A DNA stretch of 64,000 nt from Asterias rubens (Eukaryota). The position numbers and the translations under genes were made by a program. This document shows, in pieces, positions 1-13,090 of this stretch (its first letter is position 1; every line of letters starts with the position of its first letter). Location of the stretch: the NCBI RefSeq assembly GCF_902459465.1, contig NC_047064.1:10565160-10629159 (forward strand), read 5' to 3'. The notes under the pieces are model-generated. The model saw only the letters and a list, made by a program, of their open reading frames with translations, did not search any database and was not told the origin of the DNA.

Positions 1-111
1 TACCCTTGACAGACAAACACAGACTGGCAAATGACAAACGAAAAAAGGACAATGACAGACATATAGGAGCATAATTGAGCTATTGCTAAATGACAATTTT
101 TCCATTACAGA

Positions 112-900
112 TTAAGAATATGATTGGAGCAGTTGTGTTTTTAGTTGTTTGGTGAATGTAGATAAACTTAATGATGTTTTAAGAGGGGTGGGTAGACTAT
201 TCCAAAAATGTGTACCTCGTTGAACGAGGCCATTTTTAAACATTGACGTTCTGTTAAAACTAACATAAATGTTCTTGTTCGAGCTGCTTCTAGTGTTATA
301 AGAATGCACATCTGAAGTGAGAGTAAAACATGAACTAAAACAGGAAGGTAACAAATTATTTATATACCTGTACATGAATTTTCCAAGGTTGAGGTTATAG
401 AGATCATTAAAGTGTAGTAGTTTCAGTTCGGCAAACAAAGGAGAGGTATGGTCCCGATAATGAGCGTTGAAAATTATTCGAACAGCTCGTTTTTGTAAAA
501 TAAGAAGTTTGTCACAGGATGAAGAGCCACCCCAAGTGAGAATTGAGTAATTTAAATATGGGAGGACTAATGAGTTGTAAAGAGTTATTAAGATATTCTT
601 TGGTAAGAAAAACCTCAAACGATTCATTATACCGATGGTTTTTGATATTTTGCTTGACACTACATCAACGTGACTCTTCCAGTTAAGATTTTCGTCAATA
701 TAAATGCCTAGAAATTTTGTACTTTTTACTTTTTGCAAGTTAACACCATTTAATATTAAAGGAACCGTTTGAGTATATTTCTGCTGTCTCGGACAAAATA
801 TTATATAATTTGATTTCAGTACATTAATACATAGTTTATTTGCCAACAGCCAAGTGCTTATTTTTAAAAGTTCAACATGCCAGCAACTCGACAATTCAAT
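112..900 (-). mobile_element. CR1/L2-like non-LTR retrotransposon 3' fragment (RT C-terminal region plus tail)
   Basis: The 260-aa minus-strand ORF has RT C-terminal motifs (FLGIYIDENLNWKSHV..., LQKRAVRII, LFAELKLLHFNDLY) and the terminal tail motif FWNSLP...LSTFTKQLKTQL. It is truncated at the 5' end and lies in the intron of the second lectin gene. Confidence 0.8.
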
Positions 901-908
901 AAAGTTAC

Positions 909-1129
909 CTTATCAGATAGACCAAGCCAGTACTCGTTTCCATGACTGTATTGCAAGTTGTCTAAAAACGCCTGGTCGTCAGCAGTTTTGGCGTAAGCTA
1001 GATGTCCACCTGGTGTCAGCTTGCAATCGTTTTCAGCCGACTGCCATGTTGTTTTGTAGGAAAAGTATCTGTAGCACATACCGTTGTAGTTATTCCACCC
1101 ATTTGCCGAGTCACATTTTGGAACTGCAT
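909..1129 (-). CDS. Second (tandem) C-type lectin gene: CTLD N-terminal exon; the rest of the gene lies beyond the window start
   Basis: Minus-strand translation ..DAVPKCDSANGWNNYNGMCYRYFSYKTTWQSAENDCKLTPGGHLAYAKTADDQAFLDNLQYSHGNEYWLGLSDK. Acceptor is ttcatatacag and donor is GTAACT. It lies downstream (on the minus strand) of the stop of the previous lectin gene, so it belongs to a tandem paralogue. Confidence 0.7.
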
Positions 1130-1180
1130 CTGTATATGAACAGATAATTAAAGCTTATCAGAACAATTTAGTCGTACCCT

Positions 1181-1512
1181 TTTTGAAGGCAGTGGACACT
1201 ATTGGTATTTGTCAAAGACTAGACTTCACAGTTGGTGTATCTCAACATATGCATAAAATAACATCTGTCATCGAACTTGCGAGATAATAATGAAAGAAAA
1301 AACACCCTTGTCGCAAGAATTTGTGTGCGTTTAGATGGTTAATTTCGAGACCTCAAGGTGTATATCTGAGGTCTCGAAATCAAATTCGTGGAAAATTACT
1401 TCTTTCTCGAAAACTATGGCACTTCAGAGGGAGCCGTTTCTCAAAATGTTTTATACCATCAACCTCTCCCCATTACTCGTCACCAAGAAAGGTTTTATGC
1501 TAATAATTTAGT
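1181..1512 (+). mobile_element. MITE family 1 (TTAA-flanked; TIR AGGCAGTGGACACTATTGGTAAT)
   Basis: About 25-30-bp terminal inverted repeats, ggcagtggacactattggta at the left and tagtgtccactgcc at the right, with an internal palindrome cgagacctcaNNNtgaggtctcg. TTAA follows the right end. Confidence 0.8.
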
Positions 1513-2599
1513 GTCCACTGCCTTTAAAGTTCCTAATCTCGGATTCGGATCACACTGATGACGGCCAGTCCAATATATACCATCATGATCCATTATCGGA
1601 TCACATGGCACCATGATAATGTCATTGTTGCCAGTGTGAATGGTACAAAGGAGCGGTTCTGGGATGCTATGAATTTATTTAGTATTTTTCATTACAGATA
1701 TAGAGTGACTTTTGACACCGTTCGTATACCTTGGACACGTCGTACCTTCTAACAAGACACTTCGTACCTTCTTACAAGACACTTCGTACATTTTGCCTTT
1801 AAAGGCACTGGACACCTTTGATATCAGTCTTCTTAACATCTACATAACAAAATAAACCTGTGGAAATTTGAAACTCGATTGGATGTAGAAGTTGCGAGGG
1901 AACACCCATGTCCCACAAGTTCAATGAGGTCTCGACTTCAATTCGAATTATTTTAGTGAGAAATTATACTTCTTTCTCAAACACTATTATAGTTATTTCA
2001 TATGGCCATATGAAATAACTATAAAAGTGTTTGTGGGGAGCCGTTTCTCACAATGTTTTATACTACCAGCAGCTGCCAACTACATTGCTCATTACCATGT
2101 ATTTTGAGCAATTACCAATTATATAGTTTTTTTCCGGTAAAATTCGGCAAATGAGCAGCCAATTTCATTTTCATGCGTTCGAATTAAAGCTGTTTTGCCT
2201 CTCTAGTTGTTACTGCGTTTCAAATTCAGAATTCGGCCATTCAATTTCGTTTTGAGTCGAGTCAAATTCCTTTAGCACTATGTTCAATTTTGTGTATCGT
2301 CATTCTTTTTCGAGACACACACGGCTCAAGAAGCGACTGCGAATGTGAAGTGAATGCTGCTTTGATGAATTGTTAAATTGAATGATCATTTTGTTAAATC
2401 GAATGACGCAACATTACATTTGACTAATCATAAAACGAAATCGAATGACCCTTTTCAGTAGCATTCGATTTCGCGCGAAATAGAATAGCTTGGTGGTTGA
2501 ATTGGCTGCTCATTTGCCGAAATTGGCCAAGAAAACCTATAGTATCCATTTAAAAAAATTGGGCCAAGGTCATGCACCGAATGCTCGTTACATTTGGTT

Positions 2600-2741
2600 T
2601 CACTTACTGATGTTACGTTCACAGATGTACGCAAGTTTGGTGGAGCAGGCATCGTCATTCCAAACTAAGTTTGGATCTGACGTAAAAATCATGACACAGT
2701 CCTCTTCACCAGCATTGTTAGGTTCACCAGGTGCCCAGTTC
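2600..2741 (-). CDS. C-type lectin gene: CTLD C-terminal exon with stop codon
   Basis: Minus-strand translation (T)[46 protein letters not shown] carries EPN and WND motifs, indicating a Ca2+-dependent mannose-type carbohydrate site. Acceptor is ttgaacag. The phase matches the middle exon. Confidence 0.85.
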
Positions 2742-3238
2742 CTGTTCAATGAACAAACATAGGGGATGTGACTTTGTATAATACATAATATTTGTACCCA
2801 GTCATTTTCCTTACTTTTCATTACTTCTTAAATTAGTGGTGGCTTAGTTAGTATGACACTGCTCTCGAATGGCAAAAAGGTTGGTGGTTCGAGTCCCATC
2901 CGACTGATGTGCCTTTGATCGGTCGGTGTATTTATTATGGGTAAACCATTAATTAAATAATAATAAGATTATAATATGGAAATATTTGCGGTAACACCAT
3001 AATGACTATCTCTAAATAAGCTAGGGTGGTTATGAAAAGAACCGTTTGGTTTCAACGCGACGTTTCGATCAGTGTGCTCCGATCGTCTTCTGGAGAAAGC
3101 CGGACTGTGATGCAGCAGAGACTGATTAGCTTGGTGATGCACGAAGGCGTGAAATACTGGCGGGAAACGGATGGAGTCTGATGATGCACGGTAAAACTGG
3201 ATCCTGCTCTGGAGCCATTTGAATTTTCACCCACTTAC

Positions 3239-3360
3239 GTGAAACCTTTAGCGGCAGGTGTTTGGTCATCCACCCACTTGAACTTGTTCTCCTTCGCAAT
3301 GTCGTGTAAACCGATCCATGTGTTGTCTGAAACTCCAGTGAGCACCTTCTTGAGAAACGT
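3239..3360 (-). CDS. C-type lectin gene: CTLD middle exon
   Basis: Minus-strand translation TFLKKVLTGVSDNTWIGLHDIAKENKFKWVDDQTPAAKGF contains the WIGL.D motif. Acceptor is tttcacag and donor is GTAAGT. Confidence 0.8.
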
Positions 3361-4440
3361 CTGTGAAAAGATCAGTCATTGTAAATATTTATCCACATTA
3401 CTATAATCGTTGGTATAATTAACACCGTGTCGGTGTTGTCACACATAGGTACCAAGAGAATCAATTTAACACTCCACTTTTTGAAGTGTAAATAATTTCA
3501 AACACATGATTATTCATATCAAAGTTGTGCTGTGTTGTAGCATACCACCTGCAAACTTGTTACAAATGACAGGACAATAAGATGGCATTATATCCCCACT
3601 TGATCTGCTTTGATATTTCCATTCGTTGAAAGCTGGAATGTTCCATTCAACTTGGCTCTGCCTCATTAAAAAGAACATTCCATCTTTCAACTCATGAACA
3701 TATTCGCACCATTGCACTCATAATCATTCATTATGCACAGAAGAATGTAAAAGTCAGGTCTTCATACCAGCTCTATTGAAGAAGTTCAAAGAATTGGCAC
3801 TATTTTTTTTGTTCAATGGAAATTCTGCCTTACGAGGAATGTTTAAAAGAACTAATAGACCTCCTTTTTAGCATGGAATTGTCGCAAACTCAAGGACAAT
3901 GTTCTCTTTTTCAAGGACCTTCATAACATGACGTCAATTTCGTGGATTTCACAAAGAGTTAAGACTAGTCTTATCTCGAGACTCGTCCTAGCTATAGGAC
4001 TAGCCTTCAGTTTTTAATATCTCCTCCTAAGTTAGGACTAGTCCTAACTCTTTGAGTGTAATCGACCCAAGGGGTCAGTTTCCGTACAACACTAATCTCA
4101 ACAGTTTGTGGACTATATTGTCCTCTTTTGTTATATATAGGTCCCCGGTTTGAATGTGTATACTTACTTACATACGAAGATCCATAAGTTTTGACAACGG
4201 GCCTACCTTTTATAGTGACTGACCAGCTAGAAGCTTGGTCCAATTTCGTAAAGCTGTTCGCAGAAACTAATGCTTGACAAAATATTTTCACAGCAAAAAT
4301 TGAGTCGGGCACCCGCCACAGCAATGTAAACTTAGTGTGATTTGGACACTGTAATATGTTTCTGCTTAACACTACTATTCTGTGCTAGCATTTTTTGTTG
4401 TGCTTCAGTTCTTACTGAAACACACAGCATCAATCAGACA

Positions 4441-4675
4441 GGGTCCAATTTCATAGAGATGCTAAGCACAAACATTTGCTAAGCCTGACATTTTTGCCTT
4501 GATAAAAACAGAATTAGGCCTACCAACCAAATTTCCCTGTTATTTTCAGGATAAACAAACAACAGCTGAGTAACAAGCAAAATGCACCAAGTGGACGTTT
4601 GGTTGGTAATCCTGTTTTAATCATGGAAAAAACAAACATGCTTAGCAAATTTGTTTGCTCTATGAAGATGGGCCA
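4441..4675. mobile_element. MITE family 4 copy in the lectin gene region
   Basis: Begins gggtccaatttcatagagatgctaagcac and shares its internal sequence with the copy at 37434-37641. It lies about 40 nt from the lectin exon at 4714. Confidence 0.7.
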
Positions 4676-4713
4676 AGGTGTGACACGATCAGAAGACTGT
4701 GTATTATACTTAC

Positions 4714-4883
4714 GTTGGTACCCGTATCTGGTATTAAGACAAGATCTCCTCCATCGGCACCCCTCTTCTGACAATCCTTCCTCGCATCGCCCCAAGTTTT
4801 CTTGGATCCGACTGCTATATAACATTTGCCGTTATACTGCTGCCATTTCCCGCCACATTTTAAGCTCCCACTCTGCGCTACAG
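4714..4883 (-). CDS. C-type lectin gene: CTLD N-terminal exon
   Basis: Minus-strand translation AVAQSGSLKCGGKWQQYNGKCYIAVGSKKTWGDARKDCQKRGADGGDLVLIPDTGTN shows the CTLD signature C..W....CY.....tW..A...C. The minus-strand acceptor is ttcacaacag and the donor is GTAAGT. Confidence 0.8.
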
Positions 4884-7574
4884 CTGTTGTGAAAATCATA
4901 CACAAATATTTTGTTTCAGAGGTATTTTCTCCATTTAAACATTCATTTACATGAGTGAGGGATTAAGCTATATTAATGTGCAGAATATTCTATCAAAAGC
5001 TTCTGTTTCATAAACTCATAGACCTTATGGCAAATACTCGGTACCTAACCGCGCTACGGGCGTGGTATAGTGCATGCTGGTCTAGCTATCGATCAGTTTG
5101 ATTACTGGCTATTAGCATGCACCTCATTCAACAGTTTAATAGCGCTTGCGCAATGGGTATTTTGCGAAAAGGTCTACCTCAAAAACGAGTCTATCTTTTG
5201 AAATGGAATCTTCACAAAGCACTTTTATTGCAAACAATCTACATTTATATGGGATTAGAACAATCGAACGATTCCAATAATCAATTGTACACTTTCAATT
5301 TGAGTGGAAGACTATGATTTAGGCTATAGTCAGCTGAAGTTACAAGAACATTGCAGTAGGGCCTATACAACCGTCAAAACCTTACAGATGCACATTAAAT
5401 TAATTGTATGTTCATTATTTTAATTTGTGACATTATCCTGAGATTTCTTGTCTCAAAATGCCATTGCACGAGCAGGTAAAAATTCCCATTTGCGGAACCA
5501 GCTCTCGATTTCACAAAACTCTTTATCACAGCTAGGACGCATTGAACCCATAATAAGTTAGGACGAGTTAACTCGTCCTCACTCGAGATAGGATTAATTA
5601 GGACGAGTTACTCGTCCTAACTTGAGATAGGACTAATCCTAGCGTTTCTTGAAATCGGCTGCTCCATGCACTTCACGAATAGTTGATGGAAAACGTCGCC
5701 GCCCTGTGTGGACCCACTTGAGCGGGGTCCGAAAAATTGTACCACAGATCAAAGATCTTGATAGCCGAGTGATTTCTCCATTGCCGAGAATGCAATTCAC
5801 GTTCGAGGTTACAGAACGGGAGCACATTTATTTGATTATTTAAGATAAATCTCTTCGATAGCACTATAAATAATCTGCAATAATTTGTGTAAGTCCTACC
5901 ACGTGGTTTTTGTTACAGTTTGTGTTTTTTTTTCAGTTTGTAAACGCCCTGTAAGAGAGGATACCCTGTCGGTAAAAGTTTGGCTACAAATTATGGCGAA
6001 TAAAAAGTCATGATTAGCTCGGTACCGCAGTACATTTTAGGCTTAAAATACGTGCACATTTTGAAGCTGTTATGTTTCACTTTAACGGAAACTAGACCAA
6101 CGGATGACGGAAATAAAACCCATGTTGGGAAACTAAGTTAGAGATTCAACTCATTTAATCGAAAGGTTTCTTACCTCAGTAAATCAATGAGCATATGTAA
6201 TAAATGCATATGTGGTGCGACCAACGTCCTGGTCATCTGCGCCAGTTCAATGGGTACATGGTGTTTTATATAAGGGTTGTAGCGGGTTTCCCAAGCTACA
6301 GAAAAGGGCTCCTCAACATACCTCTCCCTTTTAGGAATTAGCCTCTGACATTCCAACATTACAAAATTATTTAACACAATGGAAAGTTACTTTTTAGTTT
6401 GAATATATTCAAATCAAATTTAAGTTAAGTTAAGTTTTATCCATCCAGTTTGGTGTAGTAGCTAGGACTTGTCCCCTGAAATTTCTATGCAAAAAGTTCA
6501 CACTTGGAGCGTAATTCACTCTTCAGGAGTTGTGAGGAGTAAAAGATTACTATAATCCAATGTACTACACAACCCAGTGGTTTATTGCTCTGCAGTCACC
6601 TAGAACCCGCTCACATACCTAGGTGGGTCCGGCTGAAAAGCACGGGCTCGAGTGTTAAGTGAAAATATGTGTTTACAAGTCAATCATCCTCATGGATAAC
6701 TTCCTACCCTGCTACAACACGGTCACGCCATATGCATGCCCCTTTAGCAGCCATTTTTTGTTGTAAGTAAAGTTTTAGTGTTTTCTATTTTTAATCCTTT
6801 TGTTTACAACTGACCTGTTTTTGTTGTACCTTTGTAAATCAAGCCTTGTTTTAAGTGCATCGAGGGATCTGTGATCCAGAATGCGCTAGATAAATGCTGT
6901 ATTTTTCCTTTTACAACATAGACCGTCAGAGCACGCCAAAGATCAAACGTGTTTGTCCTTTCTAAGGAGCTAGGAGGCTGAAAAACTGAGAGAAACAGGT
7001 GTACCTCATGAGAGAACCATAACAAATAACTATACCCACTTATGGCCTTTGTCAGGAATCGAACCACAGCGCAAGGTGAGCTCTAAAACCGACAGATCTT
7101 TATAATCTTCTCTTTCAGTTTGGCTTTAATTTTAGTGCCTTGAGAATATTTTATTCAGATCAAGATCCTAATTTAGCCACCTATGTCACCCCAAATTTAT
7201 TTGATTTTCTCTTTTTTTTTGAGAGCGGTGCAAGAGAGAGGCGAGGATGCCTTGAAATTATTTTGAAATAATTTCCACCAACAACGCCCCCAAATATCTT
7301 CCGTTTCAAGGTGAGACAGTACTCGTGACCATTGACCCTTTGTAGACCTATTTGTAAACATTAGCAATTCACACAGCCTGGTACAACTCTTATCACAACT
7401 ATCCTAAAGTGTTTTAATCGAAATCTTATCTAAAAAAGATAAGTAAAGGTTCTACCTGGCGCGAACTGTGCGTGCAGTTATCCAATTAGCAATATACTGC
7501 ACAATATGACTGAGTAAATATACAGTTATTTATATCATCCAAGTTTCATAAGAAATTTTATAAAACTATGGCAG

Positions 7575-7960
7575 AAGGTTTTTTCCATTGGTAATTACTC
7601 AAAATAATTATCGGCATAAAACCTTTCTTGGTGCGAGTAATGGGAGAGGTTGATGGTATAAAACATTGTGAGAAACGGCTCCCTCTGAAGTCCCATCGTT
7701 TTCGAGAAAGATGTAATTTTCCACGAAATCGATTTCGAGACCTCAGATTTAGAACTTGAGGTCTCGAAATCAACCATCTAAACGCACACAACTTCGTGTG
7801 ACAAGGGTCTTTTGTCTTTCATTATTATCTCGCAACTTCGATGACCGATTGAGCTCAAATTTTCACAGGTTTGTTATTTTATGCATATGTTGAGATACAC
7901 CAACTGTGAAGGCTAGTCTTTGACAATTACCAATAGTGTCCACTGCAGTGCATTGCCTTT
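7575..7960 (-). mobile_element. MITE family 1 copy
   Basis: Same internal sequence and TIRs in opposite orientation. The 5' TIR is partly deleted. Confidence 0.75.
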
Positions 7961-8554
7961 AAGTTTAGAAACGTCCGAATTGGCAATAGCTGCTATTTGA
8001 AATACTTTTTATTAAAAGTTTTATTCGAGACTGTGGACACCAAGTACCAATGAAGGAACTACCGCCGAACAATGCGACAACATCATGATACCGTCTCTAA
8101 TTTATCTCAGGACTTTATTCATTTTAGATTCAGGCAGTTTCCAAGTGTGTCCTCTATTTTTGTGTTTGTCTGTTGTTTGTTGTGAGTGCATAATGTATGA
8201 AAAAAGTGTAACTAAAGAAAGACTTATTGGTTCAACAATGCGCAGTTGCCAGATGTGTAACAAATAAATTTAGGCTGATGTTTTGTTGGTGGCCGAATTG
8301 GGGCAAACGTCAGCTAATTGCCAACAGCGGATCGAGGCGGAAGGAGGTATTACGCAATCCCGTTTTGGGTACCCTCCATTTTTAAAAGAGGTGACTACCG
8401 TTTAAAACAAAAGCAAAACACCATTGCGCCCTCTAACATCTCTAAAAACACAACAGTATTTTACGAGCAATTTAAAACGTTAAGGGTGGTTTTAGTTTTA
8501 TAAAAAGTGTTGAAAAATATTACTGGGTAATTTTGCAGCGATTAGCGAATGGGT

Positions 8555-8700
8555 CGATTTTACAAAGAGTTGGGACTAGTCCTAACTTAGGACTAGTCCT
8601 AGGAGATATTAAAAACTTAAGGCTAGTCCTAAGTTAGAACGTCTAACCTGTCCTAACTCGAGATAAGACTAGTCTTTTACAGAGCGTTTCCCAAAAAATG
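8555..8700. mobile_element. MITE family 3 (TIR GGGTCGATTTCACAAAGAGTTAGGACT; internal TTAGGACTAGTCCTAA palindromes)
   Basis: Begins gggtcgattttacaaagagttgggactagtcctaacttagg and ends with matching terminal repeats. Related copies are at 3935-4075, 5530-5650 (partial), 13655-13825 and 34520-34650. Confidence 0.7.
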
Positions 8701-9546
8701 GTTAAAAAAACAATAACATTTCATCTTCCATACAACGTTTTGTTGTTCACTGAACAATTATCATTATATAAGGGTAAATATTTTGTTCCTGAAATCTTTG
8801 ACTCCACAAAATGGCGGATCGTGTTTACGAAGGACACAAATTTCAGGGTTGTGTAAATCATAACATGCTACTTTTCATCTTTCCAACCATATTTATTTCA
8901 AAATAAATGTTTCTTGTACCCCAACGTGTCCCTTTAAAGCATCAACGAGGAAACCCCCAAATAAGACTGAACTTCTTGTGTATTTGTAAACAAAAAGGTT
9001 ATATTTTACAGTAAACAAATTGTAATGTTTTTTAGCTCCAGCAATGAAATAAAGGATGTCTCGTAAAGTGAATTTAATCAATACAGTTCGCAAGCCTGAG
9101 GAAAATTGTATATGCTATGTGAACCAGAAACACTGGGGTTGACACCTACTCGTCCAAGATATTTGTTCTTGTTCTTTCACGCACACTACCAAACTTAACA
9201 TACGGAAGCTACCTACGACTTAACGTCACATCGGAAGGACGACTCACTTTTAGTAGAGTATCTTGGTCAAAGACGTATAAGTCAAGTACCCCAACCGGGA
9301 CTCGAACCTACTGATCATCAAAAAAATCAAAGCTTGCGTCAGGCGCTTATAACCGCTTGACCACGACCCGCCTCCCGTATATATATCTTATATTAAGTTA
9401 TCAATGAATATCAAAATATCATTTTGGTTTTACCATTTCATCTGGCCTATGATTTACCCCTAAAGAACCTCGTATATGCCTTTGTATTTGTGGATTTTGA
9501 GGCATTGCACAAACATAAGGAACATTCTACCTATCAATTAATAGTA

Positions 9547-9915
9547 AAGGAACACTTTGCCTTGGATCGGTCGAGTTGGTCTTTGAAAAGCGTTTGTAAC
9601 CGTTTGTTATAAAATGCGTTTGAGTAGAAAGATGTTGTAAAAGTAGAATACAATGATCCACACAAACATGCCTCGAAATTGCACGGTTTTCCTTTTACAT
9701 CGTCGACTAACACGGTCGGCCATTTATGGGAGTCAAATTTTTGACCGACCGTGTTAGTTCCCAAAGTAAAAGGTAAACCACGCAATTTCGAGGCAAACTT
9801 GTGTGGATCATTGTATTCTACTTTTAAAATATCTTTCCAACCATAACGCATTTTATAAAAAAGGGTTACTAATGCTTTTTATAGACCAACTCGTCCGATC
9901 CAAGGCAACGCGTTC
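9547..9915. mobile_element. Hairpin MITE (family 7) with 34-bp TIRs and roughly 100-bp internal stem
   Basis: TIRs ggaacactttgccttggatcggtcgagttggtct and agaccaactcgtccgatccaaggcaacgcgttcc. The internal stem pairs gtagaatacaatgatccacacaaacatgcctcgaaattgc with its reverse complement. Confidence 0.7.
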
Positions 9916-11329
9916 CTTTATTTTGAATCGGGGATAAAGAAAACAATAATGTGTTTGTACGAATGATCTTATAATAATGATATCTATTAGATAGTTGATT
10001 TACCTGCTGCTAAAACATAGGATTCGAACCATCTCTAATCACCGGGCTAGCCCATTGCTCTGGCATTGCAAATATCGTGGGTTCCAATCCCCAAAATGGG
10101 TGATTTGCCTGTGGTTTTGTTTCTCAGAAATTGAGAAAGAATGCAGTGCTTTAAAAACCATTATAAATTTAAATATTTACATTCTATCGTTCCTGCTTTT
10201 TAAGTAAAAAAACAATACTTCTGAACTTGTTTTGCATTTTTTAGATATCGTTAACTTGTGGTGGGCGTTTCCGTTTATATAATAGTGAGTAATTTGAGAT
10301 TAGTTTTTTCTGTGTTTCTATAGTTTCTGTTTTCATATAATAAAGAAATTTAATCTTACCTGATGCAAGGAGTGAACACAGTGCAAGAATCTGTAGACTT
10401 CGCATGTTGGGTTGATATTAGTCGCTTGACCAGCTTATTCAGTGATAGGAAAAACAGAAATACAGATTTCGGAAAAAAAAACGCGTTTAACCGGTGACGA
10501 GGGGCGTGTATGCTGCACTCGTCTTGCAGCCAGTGCCCGGAATGGCTTCCAAACCCAATACACCTCAAAATTACCATCCAAAATTGTTAATCATTACTTA
10601 GGCACTAATCATACAGATTGTGTTATTAATATCAAATAATTTTTCCCAATAAAAAGTTACTAATGTATTTATCTTTACCCCAGACCTTGTTTGAATAGAA
10701 CGAGAGGGGAGGTATCATGGCTTTTGATTGGTCATCTGGCATTTAGTGAAGTCCTTATCATTGCAAACATTGACTTGTACCCGAGGAGGGTTCAAGCAAA
10801 TTCAGTCTCGTTGATACTATTGTATAAGTTTGCGTTTTGGGGTACAAAGTGTCCATGATAATACAAAAAACTGGTCAAATTTGAGGAACAAAGTTAACCT
10901 CGTGTAAACACTGCTGTAATGCAATGAAAAGGACAAGACTTGTTGTTTAAAGGTCACACAACCTTATTGAAGCTGTGTGTGTTTCACACAGAACTTGGGT
11001 TATATAAATTTGTATACCATTTTGTTTAGTAATTTCATTTCAATGACATAGCCATGATATTTTTCATTGGAGGCCAAAAGAGGGGCATTGCTGGGGGGGG
11101 GGGGGGTAGTGTTTCCACCCTTTTAAGGGCACTACGTGTATCCTTTTTTTCCTCTCGGGGTACTGGACACTTGGGTGCCAAGCCCCAAAGGGTTATTCTT
11201 TTTTCAGCTGGGGCAACTGGACAATTCCGGACGCCCCGGCCCGGTCCCTACTCTCCGTAGCTTATGGTGCACAACACTAAAAAACGCTCGACTAGCAACC
11301 AATGCTAAAATATAAAAATAAATACTCAC

Positions 11330-11560
11330 CAAATAATTATGTGAAGTCTCTCAGCCTCTTGAAAACCAATCAAATATATTTTCGGCCAACTAAACTTCAG
11401 ATTTCTTATAAACTTTTTTGGGCAGGCCTTCAGATTGGGATAACTGCTAATTACCCCCAGAAAGAAACACCCGAAAATGTTTTTTTCTTTCCCCAAACCG
11501 ATTAGCTGCCCGAGTGAGGACTTATCCACTTTCCAAGCCAAGTGGGGCCCGACTTGAAAA
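11330..11560. repeat. Interspersed repeat family 6 (CAGCCTCTTGAAAA...AACTTCAGATT...CGGCAGGTCAG...CCGAAAATAT)
   Basis: Copies lie at 11330-11560, 15705-15960, 17200-17375 and, as a partial copy, 16350-16400. Confidence 0.6.
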
Positions 11561-11947
11561 CCTTTATCAAGTCTCCTCGAAATTTGAACCAAAGAACCCA
11601 TACGGTATATGGTAACTTGTCATGTAACTTATCATACAGCCACGACCCTGTCGGTTTTAAACAGCCGTTTAAGAACTCGTCACTACCCTTTTATTCCCTT
11701 AGTATTAGTTGCGTGACACAAAAACTTCATTATTAAAGCCATTGGATAATTTCTGAACAGAAAACAAATTAAAAGTTCACAGATTTCTTACAGGGTTTAC
11801 AGAAGGTAATGGTGAAAGCCTTCCCTTAAAATATTATTCCATGAAATGCTTTATAATTTTTGAGAAAACAAGAAAACAATCAATTCATAGAGCGCCAAAA
11901 TCAAAAGTTTGTTCTAAGGCGCAGCGGCTGCGGCACCGAACGGTTAG

Positions 11948-12235
11948 TTAAGCCTGCTGGAACAGGTGAGCTTTAAGGAGTGTCCTGAATGGGGTAAGTG
12001 AGCTTGCTTTTCTGATCTGTGTAGGAAGCTTGTTCCACATTTTTGGCCATATACAGAGAATGATCTCTCTGCAAAAGTTTTGGCACAACAAAAAGGGAGG
12101 AAGAGGTATAGACGAACGAAGATGTCTTTGTTGAGATTTAAATTTTGAGCATGTCCTTGATATATACAGGAGCTTGGTTATTGTACGCTTCAGGGGCGTC
12201 AGTCCGTCTTGAAAGATGGGTGGGGGACATAACAT
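11948..12235 (-). mobile_element. LINE (CR1/L2-like) 3' tail fragment
   Basis: The minus-strand ORF ends ..WNKLPTQIRKASSLTPFRTLLKAHLFQQA, the same conserved tail motif as the LINE fragment at 112-900. Confidence 0.6.
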
Positions 12236-12870
12236 TTACGGCGTGTGGTCCGGGGCCCGCTGTAAGGCCCCTGGAAATGTTTTAGGCCGCAGATGCTCTC
12301 TGGTGCAATCTAGGGAGTCTGGTGGGTAATGTGTCCCCCTCTCAGATGTTGGAATTTAATGCCTATTTCAAGCTACACGTATGATGCACCTATTCATGGT
12401 TATTGTACCTAAAAAAACAACTCAGTTATAGCTTCGTAATATCCTTATTGTTTCTGCATTAATGCCCATACGACGTTTCATCCCTATCATCACCAGCATC
12501 CTCAAGGGTGGATCAAGACAAGAAATTTTACGGCCTGTGGTCCGGGGACCGTCTAAGGGCCCGGGAAAAATTTGCATTCTAGATGCTCTGTGGTGCAATC
12601 TTAGGCCAATAAGAGGCATACAGACTGGAAAAGAACATAAAACCTTTAAATTGTGAGCAGCATGAGTAGAACCTTTTGGGTTAACAGCATCTTCATGTGT
12701 ACACGTCCCTTTCACTCTTTTTAAGTGGGATGTGCAAATCTGTCAACGATGGAGCATGCGTGTGAGAAGTCTTTACGGTGTGGGGTGCGGGCCCGATTAA
12801 GGACCCGGGACAATTTGCATTTTAGATGCTCTGTGATGCAATCTAGGGCCAATTGAGGGGGGGGGGGGGG
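12236..12870. repeat. Three dispersed or tandem copies of a roughly 100-bp motif with a roughly 270-bp period
   Basis: The copies at 12236-12335, 12525-12610 and 12775-12868 share gtggtccggg.ccg..taagg.cc.gg.aa...tt...gc...agatgctct.tggtgcaatct.ggg. The last copy ends in a G13 run. Confidence 0.7.
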
Positions 12871-13090
12871 CATTGATATAGTGTGCCCCACCATTACAAA
12901 AATTGTGTTACCCTTTCCCACAGGATTAATGCCCATGGTGGGACACAGGGTTTGGTCTTACGCAGTGCAAAACTTGGGCTTCATGATAAAGGTGGTCAAA
13001 AAGACGGGGGTTGTGTCCCCCACCCTCCAAAAGATGGAGGGGGAATGTCCCCCTGCCCCCCCCCCCCCCCCCCCAATTGACGCCCATGGT
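12845..13090. repeat. Inverted repeat pair CAATTGA followed by (G)n, and (C)n followed by CAATTGAC, bracketing about 170 bp
   Basis: Left arm gggccaattgagggggggggggggcattga and right arm cccccccccccccccccccaattgacgcccatgg are reverse complements. Confidence 0.6.

Noticed and set aside
3514-3717. 67-aa minus-strand ORF with faint lectin-like residues (WNIPAFNEW, CPVIC)
   Set aside because: The CTLD is already complete and contiguous across the three exons with matching phases. The Cys spacing in this ORF does not fit a CTLD, so it is treated as intronic.
9290-9370. tRNA-like segment with GGTTCGAGTCC on the minus strand
   Set aside because: The anticodon region is interrupted by a T-rich insertion and no acceptor pairing is present. 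It is likely a decayed SINE or tRNA relic.
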